This document shows, piece by piece, positions 38,729-46,968 of a stretch of DNA of 46,968 bases. The DNA is taken from IMG/VR virus record IMGVR_UViG_3300042997_000702, positions 1 to 46,968 of that record; one strand, written 5' to 3'. This DNA comes from a virus (lineage: Duplodnaviria; Caudoviricetes). Position 1 is the first letter of the stretch; every line of letters begins with the position of its first letter. The translations under genes were made by a program, and so were the position numbers. The notes under the pieces are model-generated. The model was not told the DNA's origin and did no database searches. It saw only the letters and a program-made list of their open reading frames with translations.

Positions 38729-38736
38729 ATATTTAT
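38729..38736 (+). promoter_or_regulatory. ATATTTAT motif, putative phage late promoter
   Basis: Occupies most of the 13-nt gap before ATG 38741. Confidence 0.55.
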
Positions 38737-38740
38737 ACAT

Positions 38741-41700
38741 ATGAAATTAAAATTAGAAAGAGATAAACCTACTGTCAACAAAACGATTGTAGTATATTCC
38801 GGTCGTTTTCAACCTTTTCATAAAGGACATTATATCTCATATCAAAAATTAGTTTCAAAATTTGGTAAGAATAATGTATATGTTGCCACATCAAATGTAA
38901 CCGATACAACAAAATCACCATTTACTTTTGAAGAAAAGAAAAAGATAGCTACAAAATTATTTGGAATACCATCGGATAAATTTATTCAAATAAAAAATCC
39001 ATACGCTCCAAAAGAAATATTAGATAAGTATGATGGTACGACTACGCAATATATTGCAGCAGTTGGTGAAAAAGATGCAACTCGTTTAACCGGTAAATAT
39101 TTTAAACCCTATAATGGTAAAGCTGGATATGGGTATGATGAGATTGGATATACATACGCAGTTCCTGCTGAACAAAATCCAATAAGTGGAACGGATGTTA
39201 GAGCAAACTTTAAGGGGGCAGATGATAAAAAAGGTATGGATTTCTTTAAAAAGATATATCCAAAGTTTGACAATGAAATATATCAAATGGTTAAAAATAA
39301 ATTAAATGAGGTTGGGACTGGGTTTCCAACCGGAATGGCAGGAAGTTTTGATAAAATAAATGTAATAGATGATGAGGAAATGAACACAGAGGGATTTCCT
39401 GGTGGAGTTGGTACAGGATTAGTTCTTCCAGGAGGGTATATAAACGGAGCACCAACGGGTTCTACAAATGAAAGTGCAAACACAGAACCTTCATCTAAAT
39501 TGAGACCAGAGCCAACACCAACTCGTCATCAAATAGAACACCCATCGGAAGAAGAAGATGCGTTTGATGGAAACTCTGCACCTTATGACCCTATTGCCGA
39601 AATTATTAACCGAGCAATAACAGAAGATGATTTTGAACAATTCATATCGGAGTATTTAAATGAAGAAGCAGATAATGCGCCAACAAATCCTATATATGAT
39701 AAAGAACTAACATATACTGCAAAAGATGGTCAAAAGAAAAAGATAAAAGTAAGAAGTGCATTACGATTACCAAAGGATCACGAAGCACACATTCAAGCTA
39801 AAAAACTTACAAAAGGAATTATAGAACCGGTAAAATCCGAACCTAAAAAGCAGGAAACTCCACCACAAAAAGGACAACCGGTACAAAAAGGACAAACTCA
39901 ACAAGGTAAAGTTGATGCAAACCCAATGGGGGGTGGTAGTGGTGATACACAAGAAACCCCACCACCACAAACTTTAAAGGGAGTTGAATTAAAATCATCA
40001 GCAGAACATTCCAAAGATAAAGAAAAGGTTAAGGATGGTTTGATGGATATGGTTAAGGGTTTAGATAAAAAAGATAGAGAATTCATTTCAAAAGGTAATC
40101 ATAAACCGGGTTCAGAAGCCAGAAAATCAATGAGTGGTAATATTGCATCTGGACTTAAAAAGTTTGGTAATGGTATAAAGAATTGGGCCGGACGTAAAAA
40201 GGAAATGATTAAGGGAACTGGTGAAGCAGTTTGGGCATTGGCAAATGGTAAAAAACTAGGTTCTTCAAAAAATAAACAAACCGGTAAATGGGAGTATTCC
40301 GATGAAAAACAAAAGGAACAAATACATCATTTAAAAGAATTTGCAAAAGATACTGCATTGATATTGGGTTCAATGGCATTAGGTGGTGCAGGAGTTGCAG
40401 CCTTACAAGCTGCGTTAGGAGGTGCAACTGCAGGTGGAGTGGCTTCCGCAGCAGGTAGTGGTGCAATCGGAGTATTTACCCACGGTATAGGTGGATTTGG
40501 TGGACATCTCGCAAAAGATATAGCAAAACACGCGACGTTAGAAACATTGGGATTTGGTGCAACTAGAGCCGCTGCCGGTGGGGCAGGGTTGGCAACTGCA
40601 TCTATGGGATTATTTGAAGTTGCAAATAGTAATGATTTTGTATCTAATGTAATGCAAAAAGTTGCTAAAAGAATGGAAACATATGAATTATCAGATGTTC
40701 AATTAAAACAGGCGGTTGTTGATTATAAAAAAGAAAAAGAAAAAGGAGATTTGGGTTCACTATTTGGGACAATGAATGAAAACCTTTCACCATCTAAATC
40801 AAAAAATATACAACACTTTATAGAATATGCTACAAAGCGATTAAAGTTAAATGAAAAGCCTAACGTAGTATTATTAAAAGATAATGAATTGGGTGGTGAG
40901 CAACCATCTTTAGGTGGGTATTCCCCACTAACAGGTGAAATATTTGTAGTAACAGATGGTAGATTGACTGCTGATATATTACGAACTATTGCACACGAAA
41001 TGATTCACAGAAAGCAGGATGAGTTAAAACTAATTAGAAGTGAAGATGATGCTGGTAAAACTGGATCACCAATTGAAAATCAGGCAAATTCATTAGCGGG
41101 CGTCCTTTTAAGAGATTATGGTAAGTTAAACAAACAGATATACACTGAAACTATAAATAAAGAAGATATTAGCATTGATGTAGATAAGGGAGATACTGTT
41201 TTAATGGGTAAGTTTAAAAATAAAAAAACTACCGTTAAAGATATAGGAACTGATGATTACGGTATGCCAACCATCAATGGTAAAAAGGCAACCACATTTA
41301 GAATTCCAAAAGGAGAAAAGCGTAATCCACAATCTGTATTTGAAGCAGAAGTACCATCTACATCGGAAGATGAAAGTGATATGATAATCTGCGATAATTG
41401 TGGACACGATTGGTATAAATCAGAAGGTGGAAACGCAATGTACATCTGTCACGTTTGTGGACACGATAATCAACCATCTAATAGCCCAACCCAACCAGAC
41501 TTAGATGAAAAAATATCACAATCTAATTTAGATAGTATAGAAAAATATGCAGATAAAGAATTAAATCCGGCAGATATAGAATTTACTAATCATTTTTTTG
41601 ATAGAGTTAATGATATCCGTAATGGTAAGGATATTTCGGAAGCAGAATTGATTGGGTTTTTTAAAAGATTGGCAAAGCATAAGAAGGAGTTTTTAGAATT

Positions 41701-44665
41701 TTTAACTAAATATGATGAGTTAGTTGTAAAGGATAGTCGTAGTAATATCAATATACCATTTGTAAAAATGGCAAATAAAGCTATTGCAAAAACTATAATG
41801 AGAAAAGATGATTTTAAATCATCCACTCCTAAAATGGTAAATGAGGAACTAAAATGGGAAGCATCTACATTAGAAATGTGTATGAACGATATGGTGCCGC
41901 TTACACTTCCAATAGTAAAACAATTGGTAGAAATTAGAAGAACAAATGCATTTCATATTACGGATATAGATAACCTTTCAAAGTTGGTAAGTTTAGAAGG
42001 AAAAAGTAAATCTATTTCAGCTTTTAACAAAGTGGACTCTGCCGCAGGACCTGCATCCGGTAAAGGAATGTGGACAAAGGGTGGAATTTTAGTCTTACTT
42101 TCCGGTATAGTTCTTGCTGAAAGTATTAGTGATTTATGGTCTAAACCTGATAAATCTGGCATACGATGGATTACTCCAGGCAATGCAATACATAATGAAT
42201 TTAGTAAAAAGAATAAAATTATTGATTTTGCTCCTCAATTAAAACCATTAAAAGAAAAATGGGAACAATCTAAATCCGATTTAACAAATCAGGAAAAACA
42301 ATACTTTATCAAAACTTATATAGATACTGCATATAAGTTGATGATTGATAATAAACAATACTTTCAAAACAAATATCTAAATTCTGATACTTTATATTAT
42401 AATTCGGATTGGAATGAAGTAATCCTTAGTAAAATAAAAGTGGAAAAGATTGCAGTAATCCAAGATCACACAGAGGTAACTGGAGTATCGCCATTAAAGG
42501 ATTATCCAAAGGATGTACAAAAAAAGTATAAAGAATTGGAATTGAATCTTAATAAAAAAGTTGCTGATTTTTATTTAGAACGCCAGGATAATCCAAATGA
42601 TAAATCAAAGGAAAATATCGATGCTATAAAAAAGAAATATAAAAATGTTGAAATAATTAACTCTAGAGATGTACCATCTTTTATTAAAAAAAATGGAGGA
42701 TATATTAGAGAATCATTAAATGAATTAACTCAAAAAGAACAAAGAATTAAAGACGGGAAACCAGGTAATACATATTATGTATATTATAAGGGACAATTTG
42801 CTGTTGATTATGATATGTTTGGAATGAGTGGAGTAGATAGATTTTATAGAGAAAAATTCAAAGTAAGAAAAGTAAAAGGTTCATCATTTAATCCTGATTT
42901 TATAATTATTACTAAAATAGACTATGATAGAAGCCCAAATCATTACGCAAAATTAAAACCATATGTAGATAAGTTTTGGGATAAATTACAAAGTGAATCA
43001 GTAAACGAAGAAACTGCATCTGAAATCATAAAAGATTTAGATAAGATAAGACATGATTTGATTAAAAAGGTAGATGTTTTAATTGCTAAAAAGAAAAAAC
43101 TTTACTCTAATATTGATATTGAATCACCAATGAGTGCAGAAGAAAAGCAATTAGATAAAGATATACAATCTATATTTTCACAAATTCAACAATTGATTCA
43201 ACAAAAAAGAAGTTTAAAAAAAGAATCGGTAAACGAAGGATTTAAGTCAGAGTATAAAGGAAATGATGGTATAATTTGGAAAAAAGGAAAAACACAAGGT
43301 GGTGTTACTAACTTTACTCCATATTATAAAGGACATAATATAGATACAGGTGGACATAATTTTGGAAACGAAAAAGAATTGTTGAAATTTATAGACGATT
43401 ATATTGTATCAAGTCAAATATACAACAAATACAGATTTGAATCAGTAAACGAAGCATTATTACTAGAAGGCGGGGCATATGGACATATGAATCACCCGTT
43501 TGATATTTCAATGAATCTTACTTTTGGTGATTTAAAAAAAATTATCAATAACGCTTTAGATGGTAAATTGGGAGTAGTTAAAGAAAAAACTGATGGACAG
43601 GCATTGGCAATTAGTTGGAAGAATGGTAGATTGATAGCCGCTCGCAACAAAGGACACTTAGCAAATAGTGGAGCTAACGCTTTGGATATGAACGCATTGG
43701 CATCCAAATTTGCAGGAAGAGGTGAATTGAGTGATGCGTATAATTTCGCAATGAAAGATTTATCTGCAGCAATTAGTGGATTGAGTGAAAAAGAAAGACA
43801 AAGTATATTTAAAGATGGTTCTGCATTTTGTAATTTGGAAGTAATATATCCAGAAAACGCAAATGTAATACCTTACGGACAATCTTTATTAGTATTACAT
43901 AATGTAGTGGATTACGATGATAGTGGTAATGCTATTGGCAGTGTAGATGGGGCAGAAGGTAAATTGGCATCTATGATTAAAAAAATCAATGCAAATGTAC
44001 AATCCAAATATACAATACAGGGACCTCCAATTACAAAATTACCAAAAGATGAGAAGTTAAGTTCTCAAAAAGGAAAATTTAATGGGATGCTATCCGCACT
44101 ACAATCTAGATTTAATCTTTCAGATAAAAATGGTATAGCAGATTATCACTACGCGTGGTGGATGAAATTTGTAAATGATTCAAAAAAGAACCTTAATCAA
44201 TTGGAAAAAGAAGGATTAGCTAGAAGGTGGGCATTTGATAATAAAGCATTTGGTATTAAATCAATCACCGATGAAGATGCTAAGAAATGGGCTGATGGTG
44301 TGGATAAAGAAGCGAAGGATAAAATAATTAAAGGAAATATTCGTAAATTCGAAGATATATTCTTAGGAGTTGGTGCAGAAGTTCTTTCATTTATGAGTTC
44401 AGTATTAACTGCGCAGCCTGATAAAGCATTACAATCTATTAAAACATCATTGGATGCATCTATATCGGATATTCGAAGTGGTGGTAGTGAAGCTCAAATT
44501 AAACGATTAGAGAAAGAGTTAGCCAGACTAGATGCAATCGGTGGGTTTGATAAATTAGTTCCAAATGAAGGATTGGTATTTGTTTATAAAGGAAATGTAT
44601 ATAAACTAACTGGCACATTCGCACCATTAAATCAAATTTTAGGAATTTTTAAGTTTGGAAGATAA
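38741..44665 (+). CDS. 1974-aa multidomain protein: HxGH cytidylyltransferase-like N-terminus, HExxH domain, Zn ribbon, several small cassettes, and a C-terminal KxDG ligase-like domain
   Basis: GRFQPFHKGH and ISGTDVR; TIAHEMIHRKQ; CDNC...CHVC; GHMNHPFD, EKTDG, EGLVF and YKLTG. Domains are separated by ..NE / ESVNE linkers. Confidence 0.75.
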   Translation: MKLKLERDKPTVNKTIVVYSGRFQPFHKGHYISYQKLVSKFGKNNVYVATSNVTDTTKSPFTFEEKKKIATKLFGIPSDKFIQIKNPYAPKEILDKYDGTTTQYIAAVGEKDATRLTGKYFKPYNGKAGYGYDEIGYTYAVPAEQNPISGTDVRANFKGADDKKGMDFFKKIYPKFDNEIYQMVKNKLNEVGTGFPTGMAGSFDKINVIDDEEMNTEGFPGGVGTGLVLPGGYINGAPTGSTNESANTEPSSKLRPEPTPTRHQIEHPSEEEDAFDGNSAPYDPIAEIINRAITEDDFEQFISEYLNEEADNAPTNPIYDKELTYTAKDGQKKKIKVRSALRLPKDHEAHIQAKKLTKGIIEPVKSEPKKQETPPQKGQPVQKGQTQQGKVDANPMGGGSGDTQETPPPQTLKGVELKSSAEHSKDKEKVKDGLMDMVKGLDKKDREFISKGNHKPGSEARKSMSGNIASGLKKFGNGIKNWAGRKKEMIKGTGEAVWALANGKKLGSSKNKQTGKWEYSDEKQKEQIHHLKEFAKDTALILGSMALGGAGVAALQAALGGATAGGVASAAGSGAIGVFTHGIGGFGGHLAKDIAKHATLETLGFGATRAAAGGAGLATASMGLFEVANSNDFVSNVMQKVAKRMETYELSDVQLKQAVVDYKKEKEKGDLGSLFGTMNENLSPSKSKNIQHFIEYATKRLKLNEKPNVVLLKDNELGGEQPSLGGYSPLTGEIFVVTDGRLTADILRTIAHEMIHRKQDELKLIRSEDDAGKTGSPIENQANSLAGVLLRDYGKLNKQIYTETINKEDISIDVDKGDTVLMGKFKNKKTTVKDIGTDDYGMPTINGKKATTFRIPKGEKRNPQSVFEAEVPSTSEDESDMIICDNCGHDWYKSEGGNAMYICHVCGHDNQPSNSPTQPDLDEKISQSNLDSIEKYADKELNPADIEFTNHFFDRVNDIRNGKDISEAELIGFFKRLAKHKKEFLEFLTKYDELVVKDSRSNINIPFVKMANKAIAKTIMRKDDFKSSTPKMVNEELKWEASTLEMCMNDMVPLTLPIVKQLVEIRRTNAFHITDIDNLSKLVSLEGKSKSISAFNKVDSAAGPASGKGMWTKGGILVLLSGIVLAESISDLWSKPDKSGIRWITPGNAIHNEFSKKNKIIDFAPQLKPLKEKWEQSKSDLTNQEKQYFIKTYIDTAYKLMIDNKQYFQNKYLNSDTLYYNSDWNEVILSKIKVEKIAVIQDHTEVTGVSPLKDYPKDVQKKYKELELNLNKKVADFYLERQDNPNDKSKENIDAIKKKYKNVEIINSRDVPSFIKKNGGYIRESLNELTQKEQRIKDGKPGNTYYVYYKGQFAVDYDMFGMSGVDRFYREKFKVRKVKGSSFNPDFIIITKIDYDRSPNHYAKLKPYVDKFWDKLQSESVNEETASEIIKDLDKIRHDLIKKVDVLIAKKKKLYSNIDIESPMSAEEKQLDKDIQSIFSQIQQLIQQKRSLKKESVNEGFKSEYKGNDGIIWKKGKTQGGVTNFTPYYKGHNIDTGGHNFGNEKELLKFIDDYIVSSQIYNKYRFESVNEALLLEGGAYGHMNHPFDISMNLTFGDLKKIINNALDGKLGVVKEKTDGQALAISWKNGRLIAARNKGHLANSGANALDMNALASKFAGRGELSDAYNFAMKDLSAAISGLSEKERQSIFKDGSAFCNLEVIYPENANVIPYGQSLLVLHNVVDYDDSGNAIGSVDGAEGKLASMIKKINANVQSKYTIQGPPITKLPKDEKLSSQKGKFNGMLSALQSRFNLSDKNGIADYHYAWWMKFVNDSKKNLNQLEKEGLARRWAFDNKAFGIKSITDEDAKKWADGVDKEAKDKIIKGNIRKFEDIFLGVGAEVLSFMSSVLTAQPDKALQSIKTSLDASISDIRSGGSEAQIKRLEKELARLDAIGGFDKLVPNEGLVFVYKGNVYKLTGTFAPLNQILGIFKFGR
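42710..43454 (+). repeat. In-frame 16-nt direct repeats encoding ES(V/L)NE
   Basis: GAATCAGTAAACGAAG at 42995 and 43439, GAATCGGTAAACGAAG at 43223, GAATCATTAAATGAAT at 42710; spacings 285, 228 and 216 nt. Confidence 0.85.
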
Positions 44666-44666
44666 T

Positions 44667-44682
44667 TATATATATATATATA
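44667..44682. repeat. (TA)8 microsatellite in intergenic gap
   Basis: Read directly; followed by TATAAATA at 44689-44696. Confidence 0.85.
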
Positions 44683-44705
44683 ATAAGTTATAAATAAATA
44701 CAAAT

Positions 44706-45374
44706 ATGGCAAAAAGAACAAGTTTTGAACAAACAAATAACAACATCCATCCAACTCGTAAAAAAATAATCGATACTGTATTTGGTAGAGATGATGATAA
44801 TAAAAAAGTACATGGGTACAATGGTGAAGCAGGGAGTAGTAGAGAGATAGGTGATATTTGGACAGATAAAGATGGACATCAATGGGAACAAAAAGATGGA
44901 TACACTATATCAGTAACAAAAATGGATGCCGTTAGAAAGTATTTGGATCAAATGGGTAATTGTACTGGCAAAGAGTGTGATAGTATTCAATATAGTAATG
45001 CCGACAAAAAATTAATTCGTAAAACTGGAATGTGTATAAACTGTTTGGCTAAATACGAAACAAATTTAAAAGCAGATGGTACATATCCTTATTATGAAGA
45101 TTATAAAATAACACGTAACAAACTCGCATATGTAAGGGAGTTAAAGCAAAGATTTGAGGAAGCATTGGAAGGTGTTAAATCACAATTTCAAATAGTAAAT
45201 GAAGATGGTTCTTTACAAAATTGGACATGGGAAACTGATATTGATGAGGTAAAGCAGAACTTAAAAAATGATATTGATGGTGCATATGATGCGATAGAAG
45301 CATTATTGGAAAGAAAAGGAGCATTGGAAGAAAAGTTAATTGAATTAAATCATCCAGAACTTATTAAAAAATAA
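44706..45374 (+). CDS. Hypothetical protein with putative Zn-binding Cys motifs and coiled coil
   Basis: REIGDIWTDKDGHQWEQKDG, CTGKEC...CINC, helical C-terminus. Confidence 0.65.
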   Translation: MAKRTSFEQTNNNIHPTRKKIIDTVFGRDDDNKKVHGYNGEAGSSREIGDIWTDKDGHQWEQKDGYTISVTKMDAVRKYLDQMGNCTGKECDSIQYSNADKKLIRKTGMCINCLAKYETNLKADGTYPYYEDYKITRNKLAYVRELKQRFEEALEGVKSQFQIVNEDGSLQNWTWETDIDEVKQNLKNDIDGAYDAIEALLERKGALEEKLIELNHPELIKK

Positions 45375-45378
45375 AATT

Positions 45379-46020
45379 ATGAAAAAATACATATCTTTAA
45401 AAAACATTGCAATCGTATTTTTAGTTGCAATAGTAGTTTTCCAACAATGTGGTGGAAACAAAAAAGGAACTGGTAAAATTATAAAAGTTGATGGTAAAAA
45501 ATACGAAGTAATCAAACATGTAATTGATACGGTAGATGTAATTAAAACTAAAATTGTTACAAGAAAGGGGGATGATATTCCTTACGAAACTATAAAGGAA
45601 GTACAGATTCCAACGGTGATAGATACTCAAGCATTATTGCAAAATTATTACGCAAAGAATGTGTATAAAGATGTATTAACTCTACCGGACTCATTAGGAA
45701 CAGTATCAGTGATTGATACTATTACACAGAATAAAATATTGGGTAGAACATTTAATGCCAGTGTTAAACAAAGAACAATAAAAGAAACTACAATTGTTAA
45801 AGAATTGCCAAAAACACAACTATATTGGGGATTGAATAGTAACTTTAACAAAACGGATCTAGTTAGTGCAATTGGAACTGGGTTAGTACTAAAAACCAAA
45901 AGTGATAAACTATACCAAATCGGTGGAGGTGTATTAAATACAACTACAAACGGAAGCGATGGTAAATTTAGTCCATATGTTGGTGTTGGGGTATATTGGA
46001 AAATTAGATTATTAAAATAA
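45379..46020 (+). CDS. Membrane-anchored or lipoprotein, candidate spanin
   Basis: Basic N-terminus, hydrophobic IAIVFLVAIVVF, then QQC. Extended T/V/K-rich middle. C-terminal amphipathic beta strands ending YVGVGVYWKI. Confidence 0.5.
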   Translation: MKKYISLKNIAIVFLVAIVVFQQCGGNKKGTGKIIKVDGKKYEVIKHVIDTVDVIKTKIVTRKGDDIPYETIKEVQIPTVIDTQALLQNYYAKNVYKDVLTLPDSLGTVSVIDTITQNKILGRTFNASVKQRTIKETTIVKELPKTQLYWGLNSNFNKTDLVSAIGTGLVLKTKSDKLYQIGGGVLNTTTNGSDGKFSPYVGVGVYWKIRLLK

Positions 46021-46968
46021 TGGTAGTTCAGGGGCAACCACAAAAAAATCTTAAACAAATTATAGCAGAAGAATATCGTAAGTGTGGTAGTGACCCCATT
46101 TACTTTATGAAAAAATACTGTATTATACAACATCCGGTGAGAGGAAAAATACCCTTTCACCTTTATTCGTTTCAGGAGGATTGTTTAAGTGATTTCAAAG
46201 ACAATCGTTTTAATATTATTCTAAAATCTCGACAATTAGGATTATCAACACTTTCTGCTGGATTTATTCTTTGGAAAATGATATTTAATCAGGATTTCAA
46301 CGCATTGGTTATTGCGACTAAAGTAACAGTTGCTAAGAATTTAGTTGAAAAGGTAAGAGTAATGCATGACCTTCTGCCAGTGTGGCTAAGAGATGGTGGT
46401 CAATCATCAGTTGAAGATAATAAATTATCACTAAAATTAAAGAACGGTTCACAGGTGAAGGCAATCGCATCCTCACCCGATGCAGGTCGTTCGGAAGCCT
46501 TATCACTATTGGTTGTGGATGAAGCTGCATTCATTAGAGATATTGATGATATTTGGTTATCAGCGCAATCAACCCTATCAACGGGTGGTTCTGCTATTAT
46601 TCTATCTACTCCAAATGGTGTTGGTAATTTCTTCCATAAAACTTGGGTAGCAGGTGAAGGTGGTATAAACGGTTTTAATTGTATTAACTTACATTGGACT
46701 GTACACCCAGAAAGAAATCAACAATGGAGAGATGAACAGACCCGTATTTTGGGAGTTAAGGGTTCTAGTCAGGAATGTGATTGTGATTTTGTTGGTTCGG
46801 GAGATACAGTAATACAACCTGCGTTATTAACTTGGTATAAGGAAACATATGTTATGGATCCGGTTGAGAAACGAGGATTTGATGGAAACCTTTGGGTTTG
46901 GGAACATCCAAATTACAATAGGCAATATATGGTAGTAGCCGATGTTGCAAGAGGAGATGGTGCAGATT
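46020..46968 (+). CDS. terL: Terminase large subunit, T4 gp17-like (3'-truncated; not in ORF track)
   Basis: Own translation from ATG 46020: DPIYFMKKY, LYSFQ, KSRQLGLST (Walker A variant), LLVVDEAAFI (Walker B), LSTPNG, QECDCDF and VVADVARGDGAD (nuclease Asp). Open to the window end. Confidence 0.95.
   Translation, partial: MVVQGQPQKNLKQIIAEEYRKCGSDPIYFMKKYCIIQHPVRGKIPFHLYSFQEDCLSDFKDNRFNIILKSRQLGLSTLSAGFILWKMIFNQDFNALVIATKVTVAKNLVEKVRVMHDLLPVWLRDGGQSSVEDNKLSLKLKNGSQVKAIASSPDAGRSEALSLLVVDEAAFIRDIDDIWLSAQSTLSTGGSAIILSTPNGVGNFFHKTWVAGEGGINGFNCINLHWTVHPERNQQWRDEQTRILGVKGSSQECDCDFVGSGDTVIQPALLTWYKETYVMDPVEKRGFDGNLWVWEHPNYNRQYMVVADVARGDGAD

Noticed and set aside
42710-43454. ESVNE repeats as a CRISPR array
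   Set aside because: Repeats are 16 nt with 200-270-nt in-frame coding spacers, and there are no cas genes in the window.
46223-46252. Terminase Walker A lacking the GKT lysine (KSRQLGLST) as a sign of inactivation
   Set aside because: Variant Walker A motifs with an N-terminal Lys are established in terminases, and the other motifs are intact.
783-46530. All minus-strand ORFs in the track (60-172 aa, e.g. 24730..25248 and 45648..46160)
   Set aside because: They lie antisense to well-supported plus-strand genes and show no recognisable motifs; shadow ORFs.
1-46968. Stop-codon reassignment, tRNAs, introns/inteins, integrase or transposase
   Set aside because: Genes tile densely under the standard code with TAA, TAG and TGA all used as stops. 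No gap shows a tRNA fold, and no intein or mobile-element motifs were recognised.

Overview
A very AT-rich, gene-dense, all-plus-strand segment (standard genetic code) of a large tailed phage genome, most likely a T4-like or jumbo myovirus of a Bacteroidota host. The host call rests on a TTTG-N20-TAnnTTTG promoter and the absence of obvious Shine-Dalgarno sites. Order: baseplate/tail structural genes (1-6197); T7-endonuclease-I-like resolvase, primase, a single-chain Mre11-Rad50 fusion and a 2OG-Fe(II) oxygenase (6201-11464); an Ntn-hydrolase and a 1381-aa tail-fibre-like protein (11581-16533); a ~22-kb cluster of soluble glycan-building enzymes (16530-38727); a 1974-aa modular protein whose cassettes are delimited by repeated ESVNE linkers (38741-44665); a Cys-motif protein, a candidate spanin/lipoprotein, and a terminase large subunit that runs off the window and is missing from the ORF track. 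Two candidate systems stand out. (1) A phage-encoded virion glycosylation system: the cluster is translationally coupled to the tail fibre and has no recognisable membrane or export components, while the structural proteins are rich in [ST]-G-S motifs. (2) A probable head-packaged, protease-processed polyprotein built from swappable cassettes. All calls come from motif recognition by eye; no database searches were run.
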